Source of the DNA: a virus
Taxonomy: Duplodnaviria > Caudoviricetes
IMG/VR virus record: IMGVR_UViG_3300031539_000005
Location: 1 to 64,000 of that record
Direction: 5' to 3' (one strand)
DNA: 64,000 bases
Each line of letters starts with the position of its first letter. Within the stretch, counting starts at the first letter, position 1. The notes beneath the pieces are model-generated. The model saw only the letters and a program-made list of their open reading frames with translations. It did not search any database and was not told the origin of the DNA. Position numbers and translations under genes: made by a program. Below are positions 16,923 to 26,667 of the stretch, in pieces.

Positions 16923-19900
16923 TGGCAGAAACTTCTAGGGAGCTTAAGCTTATTCTTCGATTGCTTCGGGATAAAAAAAGCAATACTGAAATTAAGAAGC
17001 TTGAAGAACAGATTACGGAGATACATAAAAAGTTAGCCAAAACTCCTTCTTTTGGATCTAAGTTAAGAGGAGATGTTGACAAAACCTCTACATCTATTAA
17101 TAAGCTCAGGGGAGTTATAGATAAAACTGCCATTAGTCTTGGGGGATTAGGTCAAGCTGCTGGCAAAATAGACCTTCGCGGACTTGCTGAAAGAGCTGCC
17201 ACTAGCCTTGGAAAGCTCATAGAACATACTCGTCGTGCTAAAGGCGAAATGGGAAGGTGGGCAAAGGAGGCTCCGGAGGAGATTTCAAAAATATCGGCCG
17301 CTCTAGATCCAGCCACCAATGCTATGCTTGAAATGGCGAATGTAGCAACCAGAGTAGAGCGTCATTCAACTTCTCTCGCCGGACATGTTAATAATCTCAG
17401 AACAGAATTTTACAGTTTAAGAGCTCCTGTTGCGGAAGCAAGCGGTCTTTTGGATATTTTTGGCAAGAATATCCTTGAGGCTGAATCTCCAATTCCTCTC
17501 TTTGTTAAAGAACTTACCAGATTAGAAATAAAGTTGCGAGATGTTCAAGCTCTAGGGCAACTTAAGAGAATCTTTTCTTTTGAACAAGATATTCAAACTA
17601 TTAAAATTTTTCAACAAGAAGTTGAAAATCTGCGATTACGTTTAGCTCAACTTTCTCAGCAAGGGTTTTCTCCTAAGACTGTAGGAGTAACCCAAGACAT
17701 GATTGTAGCCTTTAAAAAAGCTGAGTCTGAAGTTAGAAAACTCGCGACTGCCTTTGAAACTCTTCCTGATCAGATTCAGCAGTTAAAAAAGCTAGAATTA
17801 GGCATTAATCAAATTAAATCTTCAACAGAATTTGCTTCAGAGAAACTCAAGGCTCTAGCTGTTCGCTTTCAGGAAGCCGGAACAGTAGGAGTTCCAGAAC
17901 TTGATAAACTTATTAACAAATATTTGCAACTCAGAACGGAGGTAACTTCTAGTTTAAAGAATATCGGAGTAGCTTATGCTGACCTAATCTATTATCCTAG
18001 CACCTTTGCCCAAGCTCACCAAAAAGCAACAGAACAGATTCAAGGCCAAACTTCTAAAACAGAAGCTACGATAAATCAGTTAAGGACAACGTATGACACT
18101 TCTATGAAGCAAATGATTCAGAATACTCTTGCTTTATCCCAGACATCAGTAGATACTTTCCATAAACAACAACAAGATTTAACTGCTCAAGTTGAACTTA
18201 CTGGTAAACTTCGTGGAAGTCTAGAGAGTCTATTGGGACAATATAGACAACTCAGAGCAGGACTTCAGTTATTTGGCAAAGAATGGAAGACGACCGCTAT
18301 GGCGGGAGAGCTGCAAGAAAGTGTTCTTAAGAAGATTATGGCTCTCCAAGGCCAACTTCCTGCTCAATATCAACGTTTATCATCTAGTATTCAAGCTTGG
18401 ATTACTCAACAGTTCAGAGCAGTTTCTGATACTGAATTACTGGATAAAACTGTTAAGCAATTAGAAATTGATCTCTCAATGCTTGCACAGAGAGAACAAG
18501 TCTTAATTTCTGCAAATGAATATCTTGCAAATTCAGAAACCATTCTGTCTAAAAGAGTTGATCTTGCAAGAGAATCTACGAAGCGCTATGCAGACACCAT
18601 TATTCTGCTTACTGAAATGCTCCAAAGAATGAAATCTGTTTCTGGAGCAAGTGAAGCAGAAATGCAAAGAATAAGAAAATCCTTAGAACAATTATCTTAT
18701 CAGGCAACTGGAGCAGGGGCTAATCTCCAGAATCTAAGTAATAATTTAGATCAAGTTAGAAGAAGAGGAGCGGATACAGCTAGAGCTCTAGAGCGCGTGA
18801 CTGCTCGTGGTTTTGCCAATATGATTGTGAGTCAAGCTGCATGGATGGCTGGATTTCAAGTCATTTTTGGAACTCTAGATAAATTTAAAAAGGCATTAGG
18901 CGCAACTGTTGAAACACAAGAAGCTGTTGTTCGCGCCATGAGAACCGCCAGGAGTGAAACAAAGTCTTACATTGATGTATATAGACTTTATGCTCAAGCT
19001 ATAACGGAAGCTAGGGCTGAAACCGGAGCTGCAATAGCTGATCTTGGAGAAATCCTATATCAATTAGGTTCTGCTGGTCTTAGTGCAGAAGAATCTCTCG
19101 CCGCACTTACTTCAACTCTTGCTAATATCATAGGCACTGAAGCAGAAGTGAGAGATATTACAAAACTCGTTGCTGGTCTTTACAATAATTTTAAAGATCA
19201 AATTGTTAAAGTCGACGGAAGACTTAGAGCTCTTTCTGCCACAACAAGACTTTATGCAGACACACTTATAGAAACTGCTAGTCTACAAGATAAATTTAGA
19301 TATATTAATGATCTCTTGGTTGCAGGGTTTAGGGACAACCAAGTAGAAATGATGGAATTGAGGGATGGCCTCAAATTCATGGCTCAGTCTGCTCGGGCTG
19401 CCAATCTTGCTCTTGACGAACAAGTTGGAATTCTAGCGTACCTGAATAACCACTTAATCAAAGCAGGTATGGCTGGACGAGCAATGCGTGTAATTCTCAG
19501 TAAATTGTCTACAGATGCTACTGGTTTTGCAGAAGCATTTAATATCAATATTGATTTATCTAAACCTCTTAATTTCTTTGAAATAATGGGGAAATTGAAT
19601 GAACGCTATAAAGGTCAGACTCTTGCCATAGAAGAACTTGGTAAGGTTTTCAAGAAGTTAGGACTAAGAGGTGCTGAAGCTTTTAACCTCTTAATGAAGA
19701 ATATAGATGAAGTTGAATCTACTATAGGTCAACTTCGTGATTCCGCAGATGGGGCAGCGGAAGAAATGCAAAAAATTAGATTGTCAGATTTAGCTTCTCA
19801 GGCGGCTATTGCTGCTGCCGAAGTTGAAACCCTTCTTAAGACCGCTCTTAATCCTTTAGCGCAAACTCTCGGAATTGTTGTTGGATTAGTAAACACTTTG

Positions 19901-22900
19901 TATAAAGCGTTAGCCTTTATTGATAAAAGTCTTGGAGGAGTTATTGGTTCAATTATAACTATGATTGGTCGGCTAGTGGCAGTCGGTCTTTTATTTGCTG
20001 TCTTCACGAATTTTGGAAGAATACTTAATTGGATTGTTGCTGTGTTTATTAATATTGGAGCGGCAATGGGACAATTTGGAGCTCTAGCAACCACAGCGAC
20101 ATCTGCGACGGCGAGACTAACTAGTTCTCTTTGGACGCTAAAGGGAGCGACCATTATGTATTCCCGGAGTGTCACCAGTGCTGCTCAGGGAATGGCAGTA
20201 GCAGGGACAGCGGCAGCTCCTATGCTTATTCAACTTAAAGGAATTAGTAAATGGGTCAATGTGGCAAAAGTGGCTTTCATGGGATTAAGTATGATCTTAA
20301 GAGGAGGATTAGTTTTTTTAGGAATTGAAGTCCTTATAAAATCAATTCAATATTTTGCTACTGCAACTGAAAGAGCGAAGAAAGCTGCTGAAGAACAAAA
20401 GAAAATTTATCAAGAACAGAGTGCTTATGTCAACAAACTTGAAACTCTCGTAGCTTGCCTTGGTACTTATAACAAAATTACTGAAGAAAATAGAGCTATC
20501 CTTTATGAACTTGCTTTGCAAACTGGAATTACAATAAAAGCTGATGAGAGTCATATTGTAGTAATTGAGAAGGTGGTGAATGCTACAAAAATTCTCATAA
20601 AAGCAAGACAGGCATTAGCAGATGAAATGGCAAGAGTTATGTTTGAGAAGGAAGGAGCAGTTATAGATAAACTTACTGACCAAGTAGAAAAATACGGAAG
20701 AACAGGAGTCAGTGTATGGGGGAAACTAGCTTTTCAGATTAGAGAAACTTATTGGCCTCTTGCAAAATTGTATGATTGGATTTTTAAATTAAGCAATAGT
20801 AAGAAAAAAGTGGTTGAACTTGCGAGCAGTCTTGCCGATGTTGAAAAAGCCGTCAGAGGTCATAACATTCAAGAAGAAAGACAGAAAAAACTTGGCATGG
20901 AAGATGCTTGGAAAAAACGAAAGGAAGCACTTGATAAACAGAGAGAAAGTATTCTTTTAGCCAGTAAAGCTCATTTAGAATACATTAGGACGCATCGGGA
21001 TGGAAAACCAGTTCTTGGAGAAACTGCTGAAGCGATTAAAAGACTTGATAAAGATCTTCGTGTTGTAACTTCGTCTACAGTAGATACAATTAAAGAATTT
21101 AAGAAATTGAATCAGGAAATTCTTAATTTCAGAGAAGCAGTTAGAATGTATGAAGGATATGAAAAATCATTATCCTTTGTTATTGATTCCAGTGCTCTTG
21201 TTAATTTTGCCGAAACTTTAGAAGAATTTAGAAGAAAAGCTTCTTTGGAATCTATGATAGATCAAACAAAAATGTTGATTACTGAATTTCAGGCTTTGAA
21301 TGAGGAAGGATTAAATCTTGAGGCATTTCAAAAAGTAGTTGCGGATGCAAATAAGCAATTTGGAACTTTACAAAAAGAAATAGATGGTGTGGTTAAGAAG
21401 GTTATCTCTCTGCGAGATGAGAATATTAAACTTGGAGAGTCTGTATTTACAATTAGAACTGAAGCTTTGCAAAGACAATTTGATCTACTTGCATCCAAAA
21501 TTGAATCTAATGTAGACGAATTTGAAAAACTAATGTCTGCTACAGATAAATACGATACTTCAGTCAGAGGGGTAAGGGATACAATAAGCCAGACTAAAAT
21601 GAAAGTTTCTGAATTAAGTGTTGAAGTGAATCGAGTTTCAAGAGGTACCGAAGAATGGAAAAAAGCAAGTTCAGATTTACGTGCTGAAGAAGAAATTTTA
21701 TTGGTCTATACCGAAAGATTGAACAGAGCAGAAGCTCAGAGAACCGCACAGGTTGGAAGTGGAATAAGAAATCTTGAAACAATGAGAAGCAGAACAGAAG
21801 AATTAGTTAGAGAAATAGAAGAATTGACTATTACAAAAATAAGGGCAGATGCTGAATTAAATAGAACCAATCGTGGAACAGAGGAATGGAGATCAGCATT
21901 AGCAAATGTTCGTCAAATTCAAGAAAGTATTTACATAAAGCAGGAACAATTAACTGAACATCAGAAAGAAGAAGTTCAAAATCAAGAAAGAGTAGCAGCT
22001 TTTGTAAGAGAAATGACGACTCTCTATGGAAACCAAATAGATTCACTCAAGGGACGAGATAGATTACTTAATCAAGCTGTAGCGTGGAATGAAGGTCTAG
22101 TGAGAAGCTTACGCGCTTCTGCTGGATACAATGCAGAGTCTCAAGAATCAATAAGAAAAGAAAGTGAATTGATGGAGAAAACAAAGGCCAAGCTTACGGA
22201 AAAAATAGGCATATTAGATCAAATTAAAAAATCTCAGCAAAGCCTAATAGACTTGGAAGAAAAAACTGGAAAGATTACAGAGCTAGAAGCTTCTAGAAGA
22301 AGAGCATTGGCAGAAGTAGAATATGGCAGAGAAGCAGGAAAAATTAAGAACATCTTGGATGCAGTAGGGGAGAAACAAATTGAAATTGCTCAACAGATAC
22401 AAAGAGCCAATGAGGAAATGATCTCTAACCTTGTTCAAAGTTTAGATCAATTAAAGGCTTCTATGCAAAGCATTATTGATTTCTTTAGCAGAACTGAATT
22501 GAAAGTAACCCTCAGCACCACTCAAATGGAATATTTCAAAAATTGGTATGAACAATTTTTCGGAAGAGACAGGATTCATCTTTTTAGATTTAAATATGTA
22601 GCTGTGAATGCTCCTCCTAAAGAAGAAGCAATGTATCGAGGAGGTGCGCTTGGGAGAGCTTCAGGAGGATTAATTCCTGCAAGAGTAACTGCTGGAGAAG
22701 GTTATGTTCCTCCGAGTAAAGCTATGGGAAATCTGAACCTCTTAAATTCTCTTAATGGAGGTAGGTCTGTTCCAGGATTACCTTTTGGTGTTGCTAAATT
22801 CGCTGGACGGGGCGGAGTAGATGCGATCCATACCTTATTGCCAAAGGGTTCTTATATAATTTCTAAAAAAGGAATGCAAGCATTTGAACAATCAATGCCT

Positions 22901-23095
22901 TTTGCTGAAGGCGGAGAAGTTAACGAAGACTTTATTAAAGAAGAGTCTTCTGAAAGAGAAGAAAAGATTGGCAGTTTTACAATAATTGTTCAAAAAGATG
23001 GGGTCACTAAGGAATTTCCGGTGCAGGGCAGAATTTCTGTCCTTAGAAAATTACAAGATGAACTTGAAGAAGAACGAATGACAAAGTTGCATTAA
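16922..23095 (+). CDS. Tail tape measure protein (TP901-type core)
   Basis: 2057 aa, helical; YQLGSAGLSAEESL...IKAGMAGRAMR core; hydrophobic central segment; synteny. Confidence 0.9.
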   Translation: MAETSRELKLILRLLRDKKSNTEIKKLEEQITEIHKKLAKTPSFGSKLRGDVDKTSTSINKLRGVIDKTAISLGGLGQAAGKIDLRGLAERAATSLGKLIEHTRRAKGEMGRWAKEAPEEISKISAALDPATNAMLEMANVATRVERHSTSLAGHVNNLRTEFYSLRAPVAEASGLLDIFGKNILEAESPIPLFVKELTRLEIKLRDVQALGQLKRIFSFEQDIQTIKIFQQEVENLRLRLAQLSQQGFSPKTVGVTQDMIVAFKKAESEVRKLATAFETLPDQIQQLKKLELGINQIKSSTEFASEKLKALAVRFQEAGTVGVPELDKLINKYLQLRTEVTSSLKNIGVAYADLIYYPSTFAQAHQKATEQIQGQTSKTEATINQLRTTYDTSMKQMIQNTLALSQTSVDTFHKQQQDLTAQVELTGKLRGSLESLLGQYRQLRAGLQLFGKEWKTTAMAGELQESVLKKIMALQGQLPAQYQRLSSSIQAWITQQFRAVSDTELLDKTVKQLEIDLSMLAQREQVLISANEYLANSETILSKRVDLARESTKRYADTIILLTEMLQRMKSVSGASEAEMQRIRKSLEQLSYQATGAGANLQNLSNNLDQVRRRGADTARALERVTARGFANMIVSQAAWMAGFQVIFGTLDKFKKALGATVETQEAVVRAMRTARSETKSYIDVYRLYAQAITEARAETGAAIADLGEILYQLGSAGLSAEESLAALTSTLANIIGTEAEVRDITKLVAGLYNNFKDQIVKVDGRLRALSATTRLYADTLIETASLQDKFRYINDLLVAGFRDNQVEMMELRDGLKFMAQSARAANLALDEQVGILAYLNNHLIKAGMAGRAMRVILSKLSTDATGFAEAFNINIDLSKPLNFFEIMGKLNERYKGQTLAIEELGKVFKKLGLRGAEAFNLLMKNIDEVESTIGQLRDSADGAAEEMQKIRLSDLASQAAIAAAEVETLLKTALNPLAQTLGIVVGLVNTLYKALAFIDKSLGGVIGSIITMIGRLVAVGLLFAVFTNFGRILNWIVAVFINIGAAMGQFGALATTATSATARLTSSLWTLKGATIMYSRSVTSAAQGMAVAGTAAAPMLIQLKGISKWVNVAKVAFMGLSMILRGGLVFLGIEVLIKSIQYFATATERAKKAAEEQKKIYQEQSAYVNKLETLVACLGTYNKITEENRAILYELALQTGITIKADESHIVVIEKVVNATKILIKARQALADEMARVMFEKEGAVIDKLTDQVEKYGRTGVSVWGKLAFQIRETYWPLAKLYDWIFKLSNSKKKVVELASSLADVEKAVRGHNIQEERQKKLGMEDAWKKRKEALDKQRESILLASKAHLEYIRTHRDGKPVLGETAEAIKRLDKDLRVVTSSTVDTIKEFKKLNQEILNFREAVRMYEGYEKSLSFVIDSSALVNFAETLEEFRRKASLESMIDQTKMLITEFQALNEEGLNLEAFQKVVADANKQFGTLQKEIDGVVKKVISLRDENIKLGESVFTIRTEALQRQFDLLASKIESNVDEFEKLMSATDKYDTSVRGVRDTISQTKMKVSELSVEVNRVSRGTEEWKKASSDLRAEEEILLVYTERLNRAEAQRTAQVGSGIRNLETMRSRTEELVREIEELTITKIRADAELNRTNRGTEEWRSALANVRQIQESIYIKQEQLTEHQKEEVQNQERVAAFVREMTTLYGNQIDSLKGRDRLLNQAVAWNEGLVRSLRASAGYNAESQESIRKESELMEKTKAKLTEKIGILDQIKKSQQSLIDLEEKTGKITELEASRRRALAEVEYGREAGKIKNILDAVGEKQIEIAQQIQRANEEMISNLVQSLDQLKASMQSIIDFFSRTELKVTLSTTQMEYFKNWYEQFFGRDRIHLFRFKYVAVNAPPKEEAMYRGGALGRASGGLIPARVTAGEGYVPPSKAMGNLNLLNSLNGGRSVPGLPFGVAKFAGRGGVDAIHTLLPKGSYIISKKGMQAFEQSMPFAEGGEVNEDFIKEESSEREEKIGSFTIIVQKDGVTKEFPVQGRISVLRKLQDELEEERMTKLH

Positions 23096-23097
23096 TC

Positions 23098-24264
23098 ATG
23101 TACTTTACCTTTTCAGAAGAATCAGTCTATGGTTTAGATTCAACTTCTCAAGATTATGTAGCTGATCTTGTGTCGGATGAAGTAATAGATAATATTAATT
23201 ATGAGAAGAATAAAGAATTTACTTCCGGTACAAATGAATCCAGAACAAAACGAATTAAATCAATTGATGGAAGAGTTGGTTTGGAACTTACTTACGGAAA
23301 TCTTGGGTGGAACATTCTATTTAAGACCTTAATGGGCCAAAAAATAAATCTTCCTGATCTCTCTCTTGCTCAGAGTAGTGAAAAATGGAATATCATTACT
23401 GGAATGTTAGCTGCTGACCTTAGTGTGTCTGGTACTTCTTTCATTATTACTGAATATAAGTCAGGAGAATTTGACAATGTAGTAGGCGTGATTATTAATA
23501 GCGAATATATTGTGATAAATGCCATTGCCGGTGGGGTAGTAACAAGCTCCACAAGGGGTCAGATCGATACCACAGCCGTTCCTCACAACCAAAATGCCCT
23601 TGTGTATGGGGTAGTAAATTCTGGAGGCCAAAGCATAGATATAATTTCGAGATATCGTAACGGATTTTGTTACCAATTACCAACAAGTCTGACCTGCATG
23701 ATTTATAGAGCTGGAGATTATTTTACCTTTACGGGGGTACAGTTCTCTGACTTTGTGCTAAATCTCCGACCGACAGAAGGAATCACTGCTAGTTTTAATA
23801 TAAATGGAAGAGATTCTAAAGTTGTTAATGTTAATGATCCATCGACTGCGACAGATGAGAACGTACTCACGGATACAGACCATGTTAATTGCTACAGCAT
23901 GAATGTCGGAATAGATATTGCCAAGTTCTATTTTGAAATTAGCAATACTCTTCAGCCAGGAAAAGGTAAATTTTTGGACAGCACTTTAGGAAAAATGTTT
24001 TTGAAGAGTTTTTCTACCTATGGTCAATTTTCGGCGGTATCCTCTGACATTTCTTATTATCAAGATTATATTGATGATGTCGGTAAGAATCTTAGTATAA
24101 CGATATGTAATGACCGAAAATTTACAAAAGCCTATGTTTTATCTTTTAATGATCTTAAATGGGGAACAATGCAGCACATTCTTAGAACAACAAGATTGAT
24201 TCATGATTCAATTCCTTTCTATTGTTATGGAAGTAATAGCTTTAATATTTTGATTCAGAATTAG
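23098..24264 (+). CDS. Tail-tube paralog (minor tail protein)
   Basis: FSEESVYG...LPTSLTCMIYRAGDYFTFTGVQFSDFVLNLRPTEGITASFNINGRD aligns by eye with tube LPKGMSVEVGRDVAAFLYAGMKVNTLELNATPGEFFTGTFGLMGKG. Confidence 0.7.
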   Translation: MYFTFSEESVYGLDSTSQDYVADLVSDEVIDNINYEKNKEFTSGTNESRTKRIKSIDGRVGLELTYGNLGWNILFKTLMGQKINLPDLSLAQSSEKWNIITGMLAADLSVSGTSFIITEYKSGEFDNVVGVIINSEYIVINAIAGGVVTSSTRGQIDTTAVPHNQNALVYGVVNSGGQSIDIISRYRNGFCYQLPTSLTCMIYRAGDYFTFTGVQFSDFVLNLRPTEGITASFNINGRDSKVVNVNDPSTATDENVLTDTDHVNCYSMNVGIDIAKFYFEISNTLQPGKGKFLDSTLGKMFLKSFSTYGQFSAVSSDISYYQDYIDDVGKNLSITICNDRKFTKAYVLSFNDLKWGTMQHILRTTRLIHDSIPFYCYGSNSFNILIQN

Positions 24265-24275
24265 GAGGTTTTGAA

Positions 24276-24698
24276 TTGACTTATCAATACGCACAAAATA
24301 TTGAAATTGCAGGACTCACTCTTGCTGTTAACCCTGATCAATACGAGCAGAGATTTAAGAAGTATGGAGAATTCAGGAGAACAGTTGGTGGAGGGATTGT
24401 GGATGTAGATGTTAATGGAAGTAAGTTAATTATAGAACTAAAAGGACTGACTCAAACACAAGTTGAAGACATTAAAAAACGCTGTGCTCTCAAGAAAGAA
24501 GTTTCCTTTGTTGACTTTGTTCCTATAGCCGAAAAGGACAGACAATCAAGAACAGTGTATGAATCTCTTTCTTCGGAAACAATTGATTCGGAAACGATTT
24601 ACTTATATATTCCAACTTATACTATTGTCATTTTTGACTTCATCCCAACTTATGCCGACAATATTCTCAGCTACGCTATTGTAGGAGAAGAGGTATAG
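24276..24698 (+). CDS. Putative distal tail protein
   Basis: TTG start with SD AGGAGGT; VNPDQY...RRTVGG motif; position after the tape measure. Confidence 0.55.
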   Translation: MTYQYAQNIEIAGLTLAVNPDQYEQRFKKYGEFRRTVGGGIVDVDVNGSKLIIELKGLTQTQVEDIKKRCALKKEVSFVDFVPIAEKDRQSRTVYESLSSETIDSETIYLYIPTYTIVIFDFIPTYADNILSYAIVGEEV

Positions 24699-24699
24699 T

Positions 24700-24822
24700 G
24701 TGAATTGTCCAAAATGCAAGAGACCTATGGATAAAACACCTGCAATCTGAGGAGATAAGAGAATAGGGTACAGGATTGTATTCAGATGCAGAAAGTGTGG
24801 AAAAAGAATTAAGACGAAATAG
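24700..24822 (+). CDS. 40-aa zinc-ribbon protein with an in-frame TGA at codon 17 (candidate selenoprotein): MNCPKCKRPMDKTPAI(U)GDKRIGYRIVFRCRKCGKRIKTK
   Basis: GTG 24700 with SD GAGGT 5 nt upstream; CPKC and CRKC in the same frame on either side of TGA 24748-24750; SECIS-like hairpin downstream; fills the intergenic gap. Confidence 0.6.
24740..24791 (+). promoter_or_regulatory. Candidate bacterial SECIS element
   Basis: Lower stem CTGCA(A)TCTGA / TCAGATGCAG; upper stem GTACA-GGAT-TGTAT; first loop G at +23 from the TGA. Confidence 0.5.
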
Positions 24823-24834
24823 AAAAGGAATAAA

Positions 24835-25023
24835 ATGTTATTAACCTGTTCGACTTGTGAAAAGACAAATGAGAAGAAAAAGTTAAAGTTTTACAAGATA
24901 GGTTTAAGATTAGTATGTGAGAACTGTTATCCTAATGAGGGAAGGCTTGCTAAAGAATTAAGCATAGAGATTATACAATTTGATGATCCGGTATGGGCAC
25001 AAATATCTAGAAAAGGAGACTAA
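24835..25023 (+). CDS. Small zinc-finger protein
   Basis: CSTC...CENC; SD AAGGA. Confidence 0.65.
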   Translation: MLLTCSTCEKTNEKKKLKFYKIGLRLVCENCYPNEGRLAKELSIEIIQFDDPVWAQISRKGD

Positions 25024-25025
25024 AA

Positions 25026-26009
25026 ATGGAGAACACAGACATTGTCTTGATGAAGTCAGTTACAGTGAATGATAATGCTGCGAATGGAGGTAGGATGTCA
25101 AATAATCAAGTAACCTCCAATGTGCTAAATAATATGTTTCCAAACGTTACTCAGTCCGAAAGAACGAATGGCACAACGAGATATCGCAAATTCTTCTTCA
25201 GAAATAAGAATTCATCTTTAGAAACCGCCACGAATTCTAGAATTTGGGTATCGCAGCGATCAACTGGCGAAGACTATTTTCGAATCAAAGCCGGAACAAA
25301 TACCGATGTTCAGAGCGACGCTACAGGTTATTCAAGTTGGCTCGGGACAGGTTATCTGAAATCTGTTTTGGCCGCTGATGCTACCACCATTGAAGCTATC
25401 TTTGATGCCAACAATGGAGTTTATAATGGCAGTCTCTTGAGAGTTACAGATAGTAGTGGTGGAGAAGAATTTCTTACTGTTAAATCTTCTGGAGGGGTTA
25501 GTTGGATAGGAAATACAGCGACAATCATCGTTACTACTTCGGCCAGAGCAACTTATCCGGCAAGTCAGAATTGTCTTGTTTCGGCAGTTATTGATTTGGG
25601 AAATTTGGTTGCTTCTTCTGATAGTTGGGATGAGACTTCTGTTTCTGGTACGTATGATGAATCGACTTATCCTGTCGTGGTTAATAATGTAGGAACAGTA
25701 GAAGACAGTTGGACTATAACCTTTACTAGCGCATCAGCATTCCTTTGTTCTGGATCGAGTATCGGTTCGGTTGGCGTTGGGAGCATAAGCGCAGACTTCA
25801 ATCCAGTTAATCCGAATGTCGGAACTGGAGATTATTACTTTCAAGTTCGTCTTGCTGGATGGGGAGGAACCTGGGCCATTGGAGATACTGTAACTTTTGA
25901 TACTCATCATGGTGCTGCTGGAGCATGGGTGAAAGAAGTAGTTCCTGCCGGAATTGCTTCAAAGACTAATAATCAACTTAAGATTAAGCTTTATACTGAA
26001 GGAGCATAA
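25026..26009 (+). CDS. Tail/baseplate structural protein
   Basis: NGGRMS...NNMFPNVTQSERTNGTTRYRKFF N-terminus recalled from phage tail proteins; beta-rich. Confidence 0.65.
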   Translation: MENTDIVLMKSVTVNDNAANGGRMSNNQVTSNVLNNMFPNVTQSERTNGTTRYRKFFFRNKNSSLETATNSRIWVSQRSTGEDYFRIKAGTNTDVQSDATGYSSWLGTGYLKSVLAADATTIEAIFDANNGVYNGSLLRVTDSSGGEEFLTVKSSGGVSWIGNTATIIVTTSARATYPASQNCLVSAVIDLGNLVASSDSWDETSVSGTYDESTYPVVVNNVGTVEDSWTITFTSASAFLCSGSSIGSVGVGSISADFNPVNPNVGTGDYYFQVRLAGWGGTWAIGDTVTFDTHHGAAGAWVKEVVPAGIASKTNNQLKIKLYTEGA

Positions 26010-26023
26010 GAGGAGGGTAGACA

Positions 26024-26662
26024 ATGAGCGCTCCGAACATAACAATTCTCTGGAATTCGAGTAGTAATGACACTCCTAATACAGGAGGTGCTTCAGGAGA
26101 TGCTAACTGGAAAGTTCTTGATACTGTTAACGACAAAATTGCTTTTCTTGGATCAGCAACAGTAGATCAGGATGCTAACACTTCCAAGGATGTTTTTATT
26201 ATCCCCGAAACAGGTAATCAAGAAGTTCCAAAGCAATTTGTTAATGATTATTCTGAAGCTAAATGGGATAGAGTCTGGCTTGCTGGGTCAGATGCTGATC
26301 AGGGAGGAGGAGGAAATAATCGTTATGCGTATGGAGTCTATATAGATGGAACTACTGCATCAGCTCCTGTTCTTCAAGCATGGGATTCAACTACTCATTC
26401 CACTTATAATCTAGCGGTTTTGGGATCGGGTACTCCGTCTGACTCAATGCTGCGAGCAATAAAGACAACTCATGGAGCACCTGGAGCTAGTTGGTCCGGA
26501 ACACCCATAGCAGGAAGTGGAGGATCAAATAGTGTAGCTTTAGATTCTACTGCGATAATTGCTGCTAAAATGCTTTATTGGAATATGAGAATGCTTGTTC
26601 CTAGTTCTGCTAATCCTTTTACGGCTGAGCCTGTTCTCTCAATATATTTAACCTATGCATAG
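26024..26662 (+). CDS. Putative virion structural protein
   Basis: G/S/A/T-rich beta composition; SD GAGGAGG; tail cluster. Confidence 0.55.
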   Translation: MSAPNITILWNSSSNDTPNTGGASGDANWKVLDTVNDKIAFLGSATVDQDANTSKDVFIIPETGNQEVPKQFVNDYSEAKWDRVWLAGSDADQGGGGNNRYAYGVYIDGTTASAPVLQAWDSTTHSTYNLAVLGSGTPSDSMLRAIKTTHGAPGASWSGTPIAGSGGSNSVALDSTAIIAAKMLYWNMRMLVPSSANPFTAEPVLSIYLTYA

Positions 26663-26667
26663 TTCAA

